DNA of 64,000 nt from Octopus vulgaris (GCA_951406725.2 OX597821.1:2914001-2978000), one strand, 5' to 3'. Positions 39,530 to 54,972 are shown, counted from the stretch's first letter. Notes: generated by a model not told the origin, from the sequence alone. A program made the numbers and translations.

Positions 39530-41771
39530 AAATTAAACTGTCCGGAAGCTAACCTGGCTACACCAAGCACAGAGAAGGAACCCTGCCCACCACTATGCAA
39601 GACTACCACAGTCAACAGACACGGGATGGCCTCCCCTAACTCCTGCACAGCCGTCACCCCAATACTTTTACTAAATATTGGGGACCTGTTGCATCAAAAT
39701 AGAAACAAAGTTTCTTTCCTGAGAGATTTTACTTCATGCAATCAAGCCCTATGCATAGCACTTGTGGAAACTCACCTCAACCCTGATATAGAAGACGCAG
39801 CAGTACACATATCAAACTATGCCATACTGCTAATAGACAGAAGGGAAAGGAGCCATGGTGGAGTTGCTGTATACATCCGAGATGACCTCACACCCCAGGT
39901 TTGATGACATACTCAAATTCGGTATGTGACACCTTAATTGTATACATAAGACAACATAATATAGTCATATGCAAAACATATTGCCCACCGGATGCCCCAA
40001 ATCACATAGGCAAGTTTGAAGATTGCCTCAAAAGAATTAAAGAAATCCTCATGAATCTGGAACACAACGTGACCATATTTCTTATGGGCGATTTCAACTT
40101 CCCCAACGTCAAATGGCGCGAAGGTCACATACTCTCAGGAATGAATCATTGCAAGCAAGTACAAGTGTAGTCCCTGCTCAACCTCACCAATGCCTTATTC
40201 ATGGAGCAAGTTGTACTCAAGCCAACTAGGGCGAATAACATTCTGGATCTCTGCTTCACGAACAATATGGACATTATTCATGATGTGAAAGTGACACCGA
40301 CATCAGTTTCGGATCACAACATAATAGAGCTGTCTGGGCCGAAAGTAACCAGAGACATACAGCCTAAAGGAAGCACCCGAAATCTCTCCAATCTGAACTT
40401 CCACAAAGCAGATTGGAAATCTATCCAAAAAGTGATCATCAGAGAAGACTGGCCGGAATGTATCTCCACACCAGACATTGACATGAAACTAGAATGTTTC
40501 ATGTCTTCTGTGCAAGCTGTATGTCAGAAATATGTCCCAGAGCACAAGGCCAAAACAAATAGGAGCAAGATTCCAAGAGACAGGAAGATCCTCATGAGAC
40601 GACGGGTGAAGGTTGCAAATCGTCTCAACCAACATCCCAAAAGTAGCGAAACGTCCCGCTTAAAAACAACACTGATGGAAATCGAAAAAAGGCTGCAACA
40701 ATCCTATGTGAAGGAGAAAGCAGACAAAGAAACCTGGGTTATAAAAAAACATTAAATCAAACCCAAAGGCCTTCTTTCATTACGCGAAAGAAACAGTCTC
40801 ATTGCACTACAAGATAGGACCCATCCTCCAAAAGGACGGCTCCCTCACAGACAGTCCAACTATGATCAGTGAGATGCTTAATGACCAGTTCAAAATTGTC
40901 TTGGAACACAGACAAGTGAACGAACCATTGGACTCCTTTGCCGCCTCACCTATAACCCGCGAGGCGGTTACAATAGAATGTATTGACATTAGCGAAAAAG
41001 ATGTCCTACTAGCCATAGATGAAGTGGACACAAACTCAGCTGCTGGTCCAGATGGTTTCCCAGCAATCCTCCTCAAAGCGTGTAAGCATGCCCTGGCAAA
41101 ACCCCTCAAGATTCTCTTCCAGAGCTTTTTTGCGAATGGCAAACTGCCAAGCAAGCTGAAGGAGTGAATAATATGCCCAATACATAAAGGGGAAAGTAGA
41201 GCAGATGCCAAAAACTATAGGCCTATTTCTCTGACTTCACACATCAGCAAATTCATGGACCGGATAGTCAGAATGAAACTAATCGCATTCCTTGAGGAAA
41301 ATAACTTGCTGAGTGATACCCAGCATGGTTTTCGACCAGGTAGGAGCTGCCTGACCCAGCTCTTACAGCATTATGACTGGGTGTTGAGGCAGTTACTCAA
41401 CAAATCAGATGTGGACGTAATCTACCTTGATTTTGCAAAAGCTTTTGACAAGGTGGATCATGGTATGATATGCCACAAACTACGTGACCTCGTCATAGCT
41501 GGAAAACTTAGAGTGTGGATGTATGACTTCCTGAAAGATAGGAGTCAGGCAGTAGTGGTTAATGGAGCCACCTCTATGAACATACAAATAGTGAGCGGTG
41601 TCCCACAGGGCACTGTCTTGGGCCCACTGCTTTTTATAGTGGCCCTCTCAGATATGCCCTCAAATGCCCGGATAGCCACTCTGGCTAGCTATGCAGATGA
41701 TACGAAAGTCTCGCAGAAAATACAGAACCCCAGCGATGTTGCACACCTGCAGCAGGAGTTGGATTCAATAC
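39530..41771 (+). mobile_element. CR1-group LINE ORF2 (APE endonuclease plus RT), disrupted, lacking its 3' end
   Basis: [108 protein letters not shown]; stops about 20 codons after YADD, at (TA)n. Confidence 0.95.
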
Positions 41772-42190
<419 letters not shown>

Positions 42191-45100
42191 CACATGCAGA
42201 ACCAATCTGATACTGACATTTAGTTATGCAAGAACCTATGACGAGTGGAGCCGGATTTAGCTCTGTCTCTGTCTGTCTCTCTCTCTCTCTCTCTCACCCT
42301 CGATATATATATATATATATACACACACATGCACACACACACACACACATTTAGGTAAAATATGAGTCTGTGTGAAAATTGCTGACAAAAGTAAGGGGTT
42401 ACTTAATCCTTCGTATAACGTTGCATTTCCTCCTTATTTCCTTCATTTCTCAAAACAGCTAAAGAGTTTTTTTTTTTATTAACACCATTTGGACATTGAC
42501 GAGCAAAAGTGCTATTTATTTGCGGCTGATGCCTGAATGTCCTAAACACTACACTTATCCACTGTGACTTTGATTGATGTCTCTTTTACATGGCGGTAAT
42601 CGTTTCCTTTTCATCCTTTCTCCAGGATAATATATATTTCTTTGCTCTACAATTTGAATATTACACAATAAACTTCTTTTCCCCTTTCTTCTCCGTATCT
42701 TACTTTATCTTGCTTGATTCTCCATCATGTTCCCCGTTTAACATTGATTACACATTTCTGCAATTTATTTTTTAATTTTTGGGCATTTCTTAACGAAAAT
42801 AAAAAGGTGTGAGAACATACATACTGTTTACTATTGTAACAGACAAGTAGAACACTTATATTGCCTGTTATTTTATAAAATTGCATTTATATAAGCATGT
42901 GCACTATTTTCAATATAGTATGACCAAACAGTTATTTTCCTCATTTACTGGTATAGCCCTACGACAGTAGATTCGAAACTGCTGAACATGCTGTAAAAAG
43001 ACAATTATGCATATATATATATAATACATACAGAGAAATGGACACCGAAAGAGATAGGGAGAGAGTCATATATATATAGAATACGTATTTATGAATAAGC
43101 ATCCTCTTGCCATTTAATTAATCTTGAAAGGAAATTATTTCGTCGATACACGAGATTCGGTATATAATCAAAACCTCAATTCGTTCCCTTTAATACTTAT
43201 AATTATAGAGCCATCTATTCAACAGGATATATCATCATTCTACAGATTAATAGAAAGACAGGGAAACATATTTATCGGAGAATGCTTTAAAAGCAATAAC
43301 TCATAAAACTGTCTCATTCAAATTCAAGCTTATGAATTTATATATAATGGATATGCATATTATGTTCGTGCAACTAATTGCAATATATTTTTGAAATATT
43401 TCTATAATTTTAATTTTAATCATGCGGTTGGTTTGGAAACAAATTTTTGTAAGAATCATTTAAGGTTTTACCAATATGTATAAATATATAAAATAGATTA
43501 TAAAACAAAAAGATAAACGTAAAAAATAATTAATTATTAAATTGAGAAAATGTTAAATACTTCAAATAAGAAACTCTAACCTTTGAAAAATTTAATTGAT
43601 TTCAATGTAAACTAAATTAAAGAAAATAGTAGAGTTTTAAATATAAGAGATAATTGCCCACTTTATTTCTTCGTCATGCTACAATGCATTATTAATAACA
43701 GCTACGTATCTTCTCATAATAGAAGTAAACATCACAAACACAATTTTAAAAGAATCCCTTTGCGTGTTTATATTTCATTCTATTCAGTGAATGATTTTTT
43801 TTATTAATTTTATCTAAACTTTAATTGCTTTCTAAATGTACCTATTTATGTAAATTAATTTGTAGTAGTAATTTGGTTCATTTATGTTGATAAAGGAAAA
43901 AAATGAAAGCAAACAAGACGATGGTGTTTGCTAAAATAAAGATGCCTTTTAAGTATTTTTAATATGTTGCTGCAGAAGCGCACACATATTCATATATACG
44001 CATTCACATAAGATCTCACACTTTTATATATTGTGTCTGAGTGTTTCTTGTTTATGTACATATATATGTATTTATACGTTAAGTTACATTCATAAAAAAT
44101 GTTACGTTATCCTCAGAGTAGGTCATCACTGGTCTTAGTATTGACTCTTCATTATACGCAGTTCTTTTTCCTACAAATTTTCAATTGTTTGGTCTAAATT
44201 AATACTATTCATTAAAAAGCATAAAAGCAGATCGTTAAATTAGTATATACAAAGTAAACCGTCGGCCAGTAACATCTAATATGGCCTGTTGTTCTGCAGC
44301 ATAGCAGGGGGCACAATGTTTGCCTTGCATTAACCCACATGGCTGGCATATATCAGTAATATAAACCAATGTTTACTAATGAAATAAATTGAAACCTCTA
44401 GGGTACCCTTTATCAATGTGATGGTGAAGTACTTTTCACATAGAACATATACTTGTTTTGTGAAGAAAACATTCTCTACAACTGTCTTGTTAAATATGAA
44501 ATACCTTTTCTGTTTCAGATTGTATGTGAAATACATTTTGTATCTGGAATGCATTTGTTCACATTGTATGTTGTTGTGTGGACGCCCCCAGACGATGAAG
44601 TAGGCTAGCCCAATACGTAAAGAGGGAGAAGTCTAAACGTCAGAGTTGAGTAGTGGTCATCGAAACGTGTGACATAACAGTAACGACGAGGATTTCGTAG
44701 CTCACACAGCCACTGTGTAATATTGCGATATAACATATTTAAAATACATTTTATATTTTACTTATAGATTATAGGTTCTACATGTTTGTCTCCTACTGCA
44801 ACTGTCAGTATTTAAGGTACATGTAATCCCTGTCTTCGTCGAGATATATCTCATCCCTGGAATATAGTTACAAATGGCTTTCGTCTTCAATGATGGTGAT
44901 GCACAGCGACAACTTTGATTTCAGAAACTAAACGAAATCGGTTGCAGCGTTTGAAAATATGCTAACATATATACTCATAATGGAATGTATTCAGGCCAGC
45001 AATTTCAACGTATTTTTGTTCAAAAAGATAAGGCTCTGCTGACGAGTTGAATGCATCAGATTTATAACCTATTATGAGATCAAACTTTGCTCAATGTTCT

Positions 45101-45503
45101 AATCTAATACAATGAGAAAAAAGTGCTAAGGTGCTTCTCTGAAGGATCCATATTGTTGCTGGAAACGCTTTAATTTCGTAACATATAAACATTGTGGTAT
45201 TGTGGTACCTTTGATACTCTCATTCGGGTTATCATACGTGCAAATATTTTCGGATGAATGAAGTAGATATCGCAGAAACAAAATATTTGAACCAGGTACT
45301 AGAGAGGCATTAAATTAATGCATCAAAACGGAATATGCTTAAAGTGTAAACACACTAGTTTACCCAATAATATTGTGTTAAATATATTAGGGCAGCTGGG
45401 CAAAATGAAAACGAAATAACGCTTTATTTAGAATTTACGACACAGAATATGATTCAGAATACACATATATAGAGAGAGTTGACATTTATAAAGATCGCCT
45501 TAG

Positions 45504-46029
45504 TACCGTAACTCCTCGTGTATAATCCGGATTTCTTCCCCAAAATTTGAAGGTCAAAATCCCTAGTGCGTACTATATACGAGGTTATAACTGGAAATTA
45601 TTTTCTAAGCAATGTCCGAGTCTCTATTTGCTGTCTGGCTATGTTTATTCAGACGCATTTTTTTAATGTCGGGCTCGAAAATACCTGAAGCTATGCCTGA
45701 AACCAATAAAGTCATAAAATAATCATCCATAACTTACAAAAAACAACATTTATTAAACGTTATTACTGTTATTACTGTTATTTCTTTATTTTCTACAAAC
45801 AAACTGCACAAAAAAAGCTACACGTTTGCATTATGTTATATATACAATAATAATAAAGGAGGTTACCGTATACATTTTTACAAAGCAAGGATGTTATATA
45901 GACCTCCTTGATCAGGTTAAAGAAGGGGTGCGTATTATACACAAGGTTTAGGTTTTTCAGATGTACAGCCCCCTAAAAATCCTCTGCCTATTATACTCAA
46001 GGGCGGACTATACTGGAGGATTTACGGTA
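45504..46029. mobile_element. Non-autonomous DNA transposon (MITE), pogo/Tigger-like ends, TA flanks
   Basis: Left TA|ccgtaactcctcgtgtataatcc versus right ggactatactggaggatttacgg|TA; subterminal gcgta(c/t)tata repeats. Confidence 0.75.
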
Positions 46030-46450
46030 AACAAAATCAGAGCATAATTCGTGTGATCACAAAAAATAACTTGTAACACATTACAGATAACTAAAACAGA
46101 TAGCCACAAGGTAAAAACAACAGCGATAAAAAAAAAATAATTTAATCTTAGATGGAAAAGACCTTTATAATAAAAAAGGGAACATGAAGCATATACACTG
46201 TGGAGAACTAATCTGGAAACTACGCAAAGGGGTAGCAAGACATTTGTCGACATTCAAACAGTGAACAAATTGAGCAGTGAGAAAAAATACAAAGAGAATT
46301 TGCAATAGTAGGACAAATAAATAAGCATATCACGCGGTATGTTTGTTTTGCTGCACACCCTGTATTGGTAGGTGCTTTGGTAATGATGAATATATAAGCA
46401 TGTAAACACATAAACTAACATCCAATATTTACAAATACGCATAATTTTTT

Positions 46451-46661
46451 TATTCTTTTACTTGTGTCGGTCATTTTGACTGCGGCCATGCTGGAGAACC
46501 ACCTTTTGTCGAGCACATCGACCACAGGCCTTATTCTGTGTAAGCTTAGTACTTATAGTATCGATCTCTTTTGCCGAACCGCTGAGTTACGAGGACGTAA
46601 ACACACCGTCATCGGTTGTCAAGCGATGCTGGGGACACACCCACAAACATATACACACACA

Positions 46662-46704
<43 letters not shown>

Positions 46705-46901
46705 GAGACGGGCTACTTTCTGTTTCCGTCTATCAAATTCTTTCACAAGAGGCTATTCGGCCAGAGGCTATAGTAGAATACACTTGCCCGAGGTGCCACT
46801 CAATGGGACTGAACCCGGAACCATGTGAATGGTAAGCAAGCTACTTAACACATAGCCAATCCTGCACCTATAGCTTCTTACCACACAGCAACTCCTGTGC
46901 C
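46451..46901 (-). mobile_element. tRNA-derived SINE (family of 12903) with a short duplicated head segment
   Basis: tcattttgactgcggccatgctggag..gggactgaacccggaaccatgtg; head fragment repeated at 46874-46901. Confidence 0.85.
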
Positions 46902-46924
46902 TAAAACATAATGATTATAATGAA

Positions 46925-46962
<38 letters not shown>

Positions 46963-47061
46963 TGATAATAATAATGATAATGATAATAATGATAATAATA
47001 ATGATAAAATAATGATAAGGATAATAATGATAATAATAATGATAAAATAATGATAATAATG

Positions 47062-47115
<54 letters not shown>

Positions 47116-47480
47116 GCCCTGATGCAGTACGAAACAGTGACTCTCATGGCTACTCATCTTAACTGATTTAAAGTATTATCATGTACATTGTTTCGTCTTG
47201 GTATAAAAGAGGGGCTAAGGCAAACATTCTGCTCAATACCACAGATTTCCTTGTCAATTGCGTGACCTTAACCAGTCGAGCAAGTCCCGTAGTGGCTGAC
47301 GATATGTGCATCTCTCATCATGCGCAGAAGTAGTCGGGGAGCATCATAGCCGTATGTTGAAAGGAATTATTGTAGGTTTGGATAAATCACCTCTTAAGAC
47401 ATGGGTGTTTCGTTCAGCATCTTTAAACAATTCTTATTCAGGGACCTCTTGAGCGGGATGGGCTACTGTAGCAGAAGAAC
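46925..47480 (-). mobile_element. Probable retroposon 3' fragment with long (TAA/TGA)n tail
   Basis: GC-richer block 47113-47480 abutting a trinucleotide tract of about 190 bp (46925-47112); family not assigned. Confidence 0.45.
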
Positions 47481-48853
47481 ATTCAAACAATACAAACAAG
47501 CAAAAACTTTCTGCAAGTTCCTAAAAAAAAATCGAGGACTTACATGACATGCGTAAAGCGGAAATTTCCCATATTTCATTTGTTTATAGTTGACAACATA
47601 TGCTGCCACAGACAAAATGACAGCATCCTAATCCTATTTTCTGACTGGCTAAAATTATCAAAATTACAACCTCTATAACTTAAAAAAATCTGGGAAAAGT
47701 GCAGTATTTCTTGAGATTCAGCATCGATAGTTACACCAAATATTAACATCCTAAAAACGCCTGAAATTTTCCACGGTTGCAGCCAAACAGAAACGATCCC
47801 AGTTTTGTATTTCATCCTTACGGGGTCACTGAAATATGTACCAGCTGACCACTGGTGTCGATGTAATCGACTATTCCTCTTTCTCTAACCTTTCGCTCTC
47901 GTGCCTATGATAGAAGGATTTATTTCTTACAACTTCTAATTACATCTATCACCTTTATTTTCCTTTTTCTCTTGTATCTCTCCATTATATCTTACCACAG
48001 TGAATGGGAGTGTGTTTGTGTGTTTACAATTTCCAATAAACACGAACTCTACAGTAAATCTACATCAGTTCCTACCCATTTAAATCTAGATTCGTATATT
48101 ACGGAGAATAGTTATACGTATGCAAACGTCTTAATTTCCTATGTGCTATTAAGCTTCCTAAAATGTTCCACATTAGATTTAATACCCCATAATAAATTTA
48201 TACAAGAATATATTACATTGCAATATCTTACAAACTCTGTTCGTGTATCATTCAACGCATCATTAAACAAGATTGCAACCTGTCTCTTTGCAATCCAAAG
48301 CAACATATAAATCTGCTTTCTGTACGCTATTTCATGCAGGTAAGGAATCTGAAACAATTTTTAGATGCGTCTTTTCTACCCTTTTGCTAATACGCTGAAC
48401 TGTTTCTTCTTCAACGTGTATATCTATACACATGCGCGCTCGAAAAATCATGCGCGGAAAAACACACACGTGCACGCACGTTCGCATGCATACAGACATA
48501 TTTGCTAACAAATTATGTTATAATATTCATAGTAATGGAATTTTATTCTTAGGAGTATATTTTAATACATAGACTGGCGCTCAATTGTAGCAAAAGTCTG
48601 TAATATACATATCAACCTAGGTGTTCTGTCAATATTAAAATCTATTTCTTACAAGTTCTTCTCTAAACAATATTTTGTTATGACCTTCACAATGCAACAC
48701 CTAACTCAACAAAATGAGTGCGAATGTGGGTGCGATTGTGTGGGTATATATACAGATATAAAAATGTATATATCGGTATATCTATATACATGTATATACA
48801 TATATTTGTGAATGCATATACATACGTATATATATGTATTTATAAACATACTC

Positions 48854-48890
<37 letters not shown>

Positions 48891-48988
48891 CACACACATA
48901 TATATATATGTATATACACATATCTATATATGTATATATACACATATATGCATGGTATGTATATGTTTCCGTAGATTTAGTCACATTC

Positions 48989-49019
<31 letters not shown>

Positions 49020-50196
49020 AATGCATACATATGTGTGTGTGTGTATGTGTGTATGTGTGTGTTTGTGTGTTTAGACGTATAAACGAATACCTACAGATAC
49101 CTGTGTCTATGTGTCGTTTGATTATTCAGTATATATTATAATGAAGGACAACCGTTAGATATTGGGAAAATTCTACAGAAGACAAAGGTTGAACGATAAT
49201 AACAGACAGACGAGAACGGATATTTCCCCGGTGATCTTCAAAAGATTTTCTAATTAATTTATTTTATTACGTTATTCTTAGTTTCGTTCGTCTACATACT
49301 CACATACTCATTGAAGTCAATATATTTATGAAGATATTGCTTTGGCAATGTTATTTCCTCATCTACCCGGCAACTCTCAAAATATCTATTTTATCATTAT
49401 AATTAACATTTAATTTCAATAGAGAAAGCATGATGATGGCAACAGCTTATTTGTAGATAACGAACACATAAGTATTTAGATCGATGAACTTGGTGTCCGA
49501 AATACTAATTTTGAATATTCAAATTTGGGCAATGTAGAATCTTTCTTGATGATCTCTAATAAATGTCTACCTATAACAGTAAGATGCAGCATTGCTAAAT
49601 GAGTTTGTTTTCCATCGACAGCTATTTCAGAATTTCATTCATTCATATATTCACTAATTAATTAAAAACACATATCGAGGTGATTCACTCTGCTATCGTT
49701 ACCTGTGTCAAACACGACAGTGTTACAAATGATTAATAAATCGTGATTAGTTTTTCGGCAGTGTATTCGTTTTAACACCAGTTACACAATTATAGTTGTA
49801 AAGGAAATAATATAATTATGCAAATTTGCAAGGCGTAAAATAAATTTTAAAAATGCAAATTGCAGACAACGTGGTTGTTAAGCCATATGTTGCAGTGACC
49901 TCATCTATTGGTATGTTCACTTAATAAACTCTGCTCTCCTCGTAGAAATGATTGTGAATACGAAAGGCAGCGATTCAGGTTCAGCGTCCATCATGAAATT
50001 TGTTCTTCAGCACTCTGCCTTACTTTCCAAGAAAGAGAAAAAAAGAAAAAAAAAACGCAAAAATAACCATCAATTGCGAATATATATATATATAAAATAT
50101 ATATATATATATATGTGTATATATATATATATACATATATATATATACACACAGATACACACACACATATATATATCTCATGCATATAAATATGTG

Positions 50197-50229
<33 letters not shown>

Positions 50230-50686
50230 GTATATATATGACGCCAAAATTGCGATTTCTTTTTCTGAGATAGGTAGACTTCTCCGTTAAACATAGGTGC
50301 GTGATTTCGTAATTGAAATTGTTAATATTTTACAATAGTATAAGGCTGCTACATACAAGATTCATTAGTTCAACGGGGTAAAGAAGAAAATCTTACCGGC
50401 ATTCCCTCCGTTATTACGTTCTGAATTCATAAGCCACCATATTTCGGATTAATACAATAAGTCCCAGTTGGCACTAAGGCCGATTTAGTCCCTGAGCTCC
50501 AGTCTCGAAATTACTGGTCTTATTCAATTATTTGAATCCAATAATTTACAATGAAATCTCCGGATTACATTATTCGCAAAACGCTAGATTTTGCATTCAA
50601 TATATTTTTACGAGGCTCAGATACATACATAAAAACATTCACATTTACGATTGCGACTATGTCTAGATTTCTATATAAATATACAC

Positions 50687-50735
<49 letters not shown>

Positions 50736-50882
50736 AATGTTTTTGAGTAATGAGATAAAAAAAAACAAGAGTGGGTAGATATTAGAAGATTTATAGATAA
50801 GCCTTACAGCTGTTTCCAGGATATTTATTAACTATATTCCTTCATTTTGATAGGATACAAAATATATATAAGTATGTGTGTA

Positions 50883-50967
<85 letters not shown>

Positions 50968-51010
50968 GTATATATATATATATATGTGTGTGTGTGTATA
51001 TATATATATA

Positions 51011-51056
<46 letters not shown>

Positions 51057-51065
51057 GGGGGTGTT

Positions 51066-51273
51066 TTCTTTTATTTGTTTCAGTCATTTGACTCCGACCA
51101 TGCTGGAGTACCGCCTTTAGTCGTGCAAATCTACGCCAGGTCTTATTCTTTGTAAGATAAAAATAGTTGGTGGCCGCAAGGCTATAGTAGAGGATACTTG
51201 GTCAATATGCCATGCAGTGGGACTGAACTCGGAACCATGTGGCTGGGAAGCAAACTTCTTACCACACAGCCAC
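51066..51273 (-). mobile_element. Internally deleted SINE (family of 12903)
   Basis: gtttcagtcatttgactccgaccatgctggagtaccgcc..gggactgaactcggaaccatgtgg..accacacagccac. Confidence 0.8.
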
Positions 51274-52223
51274 GGTTTTTTGTTAACCTGATGAATTTCT
51301 CTCTACATTTCTATAGTACTCTTTCATTATTCTTAAACAAAAATATTATCGACAGTGACTTCGAAGTTTCAGCCGAACACACACATACACACACACACAA
51401 CCACGCACAAAACCACACAGACAAACAAACACACACACACATATTTATATATATTTAGTCATTTGTTTCTTTTGTTGCTATGCGTGTATTCTTCTCACTA
51501 AAAATTTTACTACGAACGGATAATCAAACACGTATTTTTACGTATGTGATTATTTCGTTAGTCTTTGCGTGTTATTAATATCCATAGGTTTTGTGGTGGT
51601 GAAGATAAATAGGTAAACAAAGCAACAAAAATCTTTTTAATGTATGCAATCTGCATATTTCCACTTTGATGTAATTAATTTTCAAACAATTACTTGCCTT
51701 TGATCAATAATATTTTTCTAGCACTTTAATAATTTCAGCCTTTATAATTGTTTAAAAATGTATAAAGAATTTTTTGAAATTCTATTCTTGTCGGCTTTTG
51801 TCTCTGTTATCCAATAACTGAACCGGGAATGAATGCACAAACGATTAAATGAAACAGGAACAGGTGTAGGTAACCGAGGGAGATGCTAGAAATATAAGCT
51901 CTGTTTGACATCTTTTGAATTCTTGACTGGTAAGATATTGAAAATGTGTTAAGTCATCGTAAAATAGCGTGAGAAACAGACGTGATGGTCATCAAACGAC
52001 TTCATTGATGGGCACTGTTTGCTGTATAAGGGTTCATGAGAAAGCAAGCAGCTGGAAGAATATGAACACCAACGGCGATAAGATCACCATCATTACAATT
52101 CCGCAATAACAACAACAACGACAAAAATATTAAGTACAGATCTCCTCAAATTACATACATCCAATTCTGGGTCTTTGTAATCAATGTAAAATTTGCACGT
52201 TACACACACACACACAAACAGAC

Positions 52224-52258
<35 letters not shown>

Positions 52259-52368
52259 TATATACACATGTATTTATATATATATACACACACACGTATA
52301 TATATATATACACACACACGTATATATATATATATTGTATATATATACATGTATATGTATATATATAT

Positions 52369-52433
<65 letters not shown>

Positions 52434-52806
52434 TGTATATATATATATATTGTAAGTTGAGGTGTGTCCTGTTAAGAACGTATAAGAGTAGAAATAAACG
52501 TCGTTCACCCTTTGTATTCCCAAATGGACGGTAGTGTTCTTATGGTATTCTACCATTTCTAGTCTTAGGTATTCCTCGTGTGTGAAAATAAATAGTAAAT
52601 ATAAGTAAAAGAGGAAAATGGATATAACCCAAAAGGAAAGAAAAAATACTGAAAAATATAATCACTACATACAAAAAGTATGTAAGAAACGAAACAAAAC
52701 GTACAATAATTCTGAAATCCTATGGTATAATCAAATTTTTGGACTCCAAATATCATTCAACATTGTTAAGGAATTCATTGCAGCATTAAATAGTTGTTTT
52801 CCTGTC

Positions 52807-53580
52807 TCTAAGTCTCTCTAAAGTAGATTACGGCAGAGGTTCTGGATATTAATCGTTATCGCCAAGCTAATATGGCAGTCCATAAATATAGGGTTAATGC
52901 TGCTGTTGATTAGCTCCAAGAGGCCATCGCCTCTAGCTAGCTATGTGACACACGAGCCTGTGTCCATTATAACATTCGAACAAGGGACGTCAGCCTCTTC
53001 CTCTTGCTGACCAGGCATCTACAGACTACTTTCAGGCTATTTGCCCCTTATCAATGCAGATCAGCCGAACCCAGCAGGCGTCGCTGTTCGAAGATTATAA
53101 TGGAAACAGGTTCGTGTGTCACATAGCTCGCTAGAGGCGATGGCCTCTTGGAGCTAATCAACGGCAGAATTCGTCCTATATTTATTGACTGCCATATTAG
53201 CTGGGCGATAACTCTTAATATCCAGTACCGCTGCTGCAGTCTCGTTTAGAGAGACTTAGAAGTAATAATATTTCTATTTTTGAAAACCAGTGGATGTATT
53301 CCACTGAATTTAGGTAAATACTCCATCGAACAGACGGTTACCAGCGACGCCTGCTGCGTTCGGCTGCTCTGCATTGATAAGGGGCAAATAACCTGAAAGT
53401 AGTCTGCAGATGCCTGACTATCAGGGGAAGCGGCTGACCTCCCCTGGTTGAAGGTTATAATGGACACAGGTTCATGTGTCACATAGCTACCTAGAGGCGA
53501 TGAACTCTTAGAGCTAATCAACCGCAGCATTCGTCCTATATTTATGGACTGCCATGTTAGCTTGGTGATAACTATTAATA
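52807..53580. mobile_element. Fold-back/tandem non-coding repeat with two oppositely oriented hammerheads (PLE pLTR or retrozyme-like)
   Basis: 53087-53260 is inverted relative to 52807-52980, and 53342-53580 is inverted relative to 52846-53086. Hammerheads at 53017-53061 (minus) and 53368-53410 (plus). Ends in (TA)n. Confidence 0.75.
53368..53410 (+). ncRNA. Type-I hammerhead-like motif (UUGAUAA core)
   Basis: tctgca-TTGATAA-ggggc aaata acct-GAAA-GTAGT-C-tgcaga; the minus copy at 53017-53061 has a 7-bp stem I and a better stem II (gggc/gcct). Confidence 0.6.
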
Positions 53581-53724
53581 TATATATATATACATATATA
53601 TGCATGCATATCTCATAAACATTAACTAATATATAAAAAGACACTTTTTACATATTAGTTAAACTTAAACATGTTAATATAATCAGTTAATAAGGAGGTG
53701 ATTTAGTACAATGGTTACTGTGTC

Positions 53725-53870
53725 GTGTAAAGTGCTTAGCGGCATTTCATCCGACTAAACATTCTGTGTTCAGATTCTGCGAGATTGACCATATTTTGCA
53801 TCCTTTCGGGCTCGGTAAATTAAGTACCAGTTGAACACTGGCGTAGATGTAGTTAACTTACCCGCTCCTC
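53725..53870 (+). mobile_element. Decayed SINE (Meta-domain-like family)
   Basis: gcttagcggcatttc..cctttcgggctcggtaaattaagtaccagttg. Confidence 0.65.
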
Positions 53871-54972
53871 CGATATTGCAGCGATTGCGACAGAATTTGA
53901 AATCAATATACTCAGTTAATATCATAACCTCGATACATTTTGATCTCCCGTGCATTCTGCGCTCATTGGCGTCTGCGGGGATTTTGCTGCACATTATCCA
54001 GAGATCTTTAAAAATATATGCTTTAAAAGTATCCGGTAATTATTAGTGTATGACCGATGGCCCCCACCCCGGGCATTTTGCTTAATTTAAAATAATGTAT
54101 TAACGTGTTTTGGTACAAATGTTCCGCCATATGAACGTTTCGCTTCAAAGATTTAGATCATGTGATGATATAGTAAGCCCAACGTAAATCTTCTGATTAT
54201 CAACTATATAAGAAAAAACAAATAGCGTATCATGTTTTCAAAACAATATTGAGAATATTTAAACAGACTATCTATAATAAATAGATAAATATATACAGAA
54301 ATATATTAAAAAAAAAACGTAACTGTTTTGTTTTAATTTATATATTACAAAGTGTTTGTTATCTTCTCCACGCATTTAATAGAAACACAATTATGTTTCC
54401 AGTCTCAATGAGAGAGCAGTGGGATTCCATATGAATTGAAGCGGTGTCTCTTTCACCCGATTGTGCGATTAAACGTTATTTATATGATACGGCCAGCTTG
54501 GTGATATGACAAACATGCCTTTCCAAGGGGTATTAGTTTTGTCAGTGAAGTGTAACGTTTTCAATGGAACTTGAATGACATCTGGCCAGGGACTAGATAG
54601 CTTGGCGCTAACTATTTATCGGCAATTGAGTGGTGGATGTTACTTCTCATTCAAACTCTAAGCCAAACAGGATTATTGTTATATATTTTATCGATCATCC
54701 CCAGCGTTCAAAGTCTAATTTGATCTCCACAGGATTTCAAGTGATAACAAAAAGCATTAAACTACGAAACCGGAAAATTGCATGAACGACAAACTGATCC
54801 CTCGGAAGTGTATATATGTGAATGTAGAAGTAAGAGTGTGCATAAGACATATATATATATATACATATATATATAATATATGTGTGTGTGTGTGTGTATG
54901 GGTTATGTGTGCATGCGTGCGTGCTTGTGTGTGTGAATATATGTATATTCACATACATATGTATGGGGATGC

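Noticed and set aside
44586-44670. cagacgatga..tcatcgaaacgtg hammerhead-like text
   Set aside because: No consistent core, no UH site and no stem I.
42300-45480. Possible host exons in unique AT-rich stretches (also 13300-18100 and 54000-58280)
   Set aside because: No ORF with recognisable protein character; small exons cannot be excluded without RNA-seq or homology search.
47500-47810. Possible DNA-transposon terminal fragment
   Set aside because: No partner TIR or coding motif was found in the window.
50790-50856. Minus-strand GAAACAGCTGTA with an upstream hairpin
   Set aside because: The 5' core is unrecognisable; at best a decayed relic.
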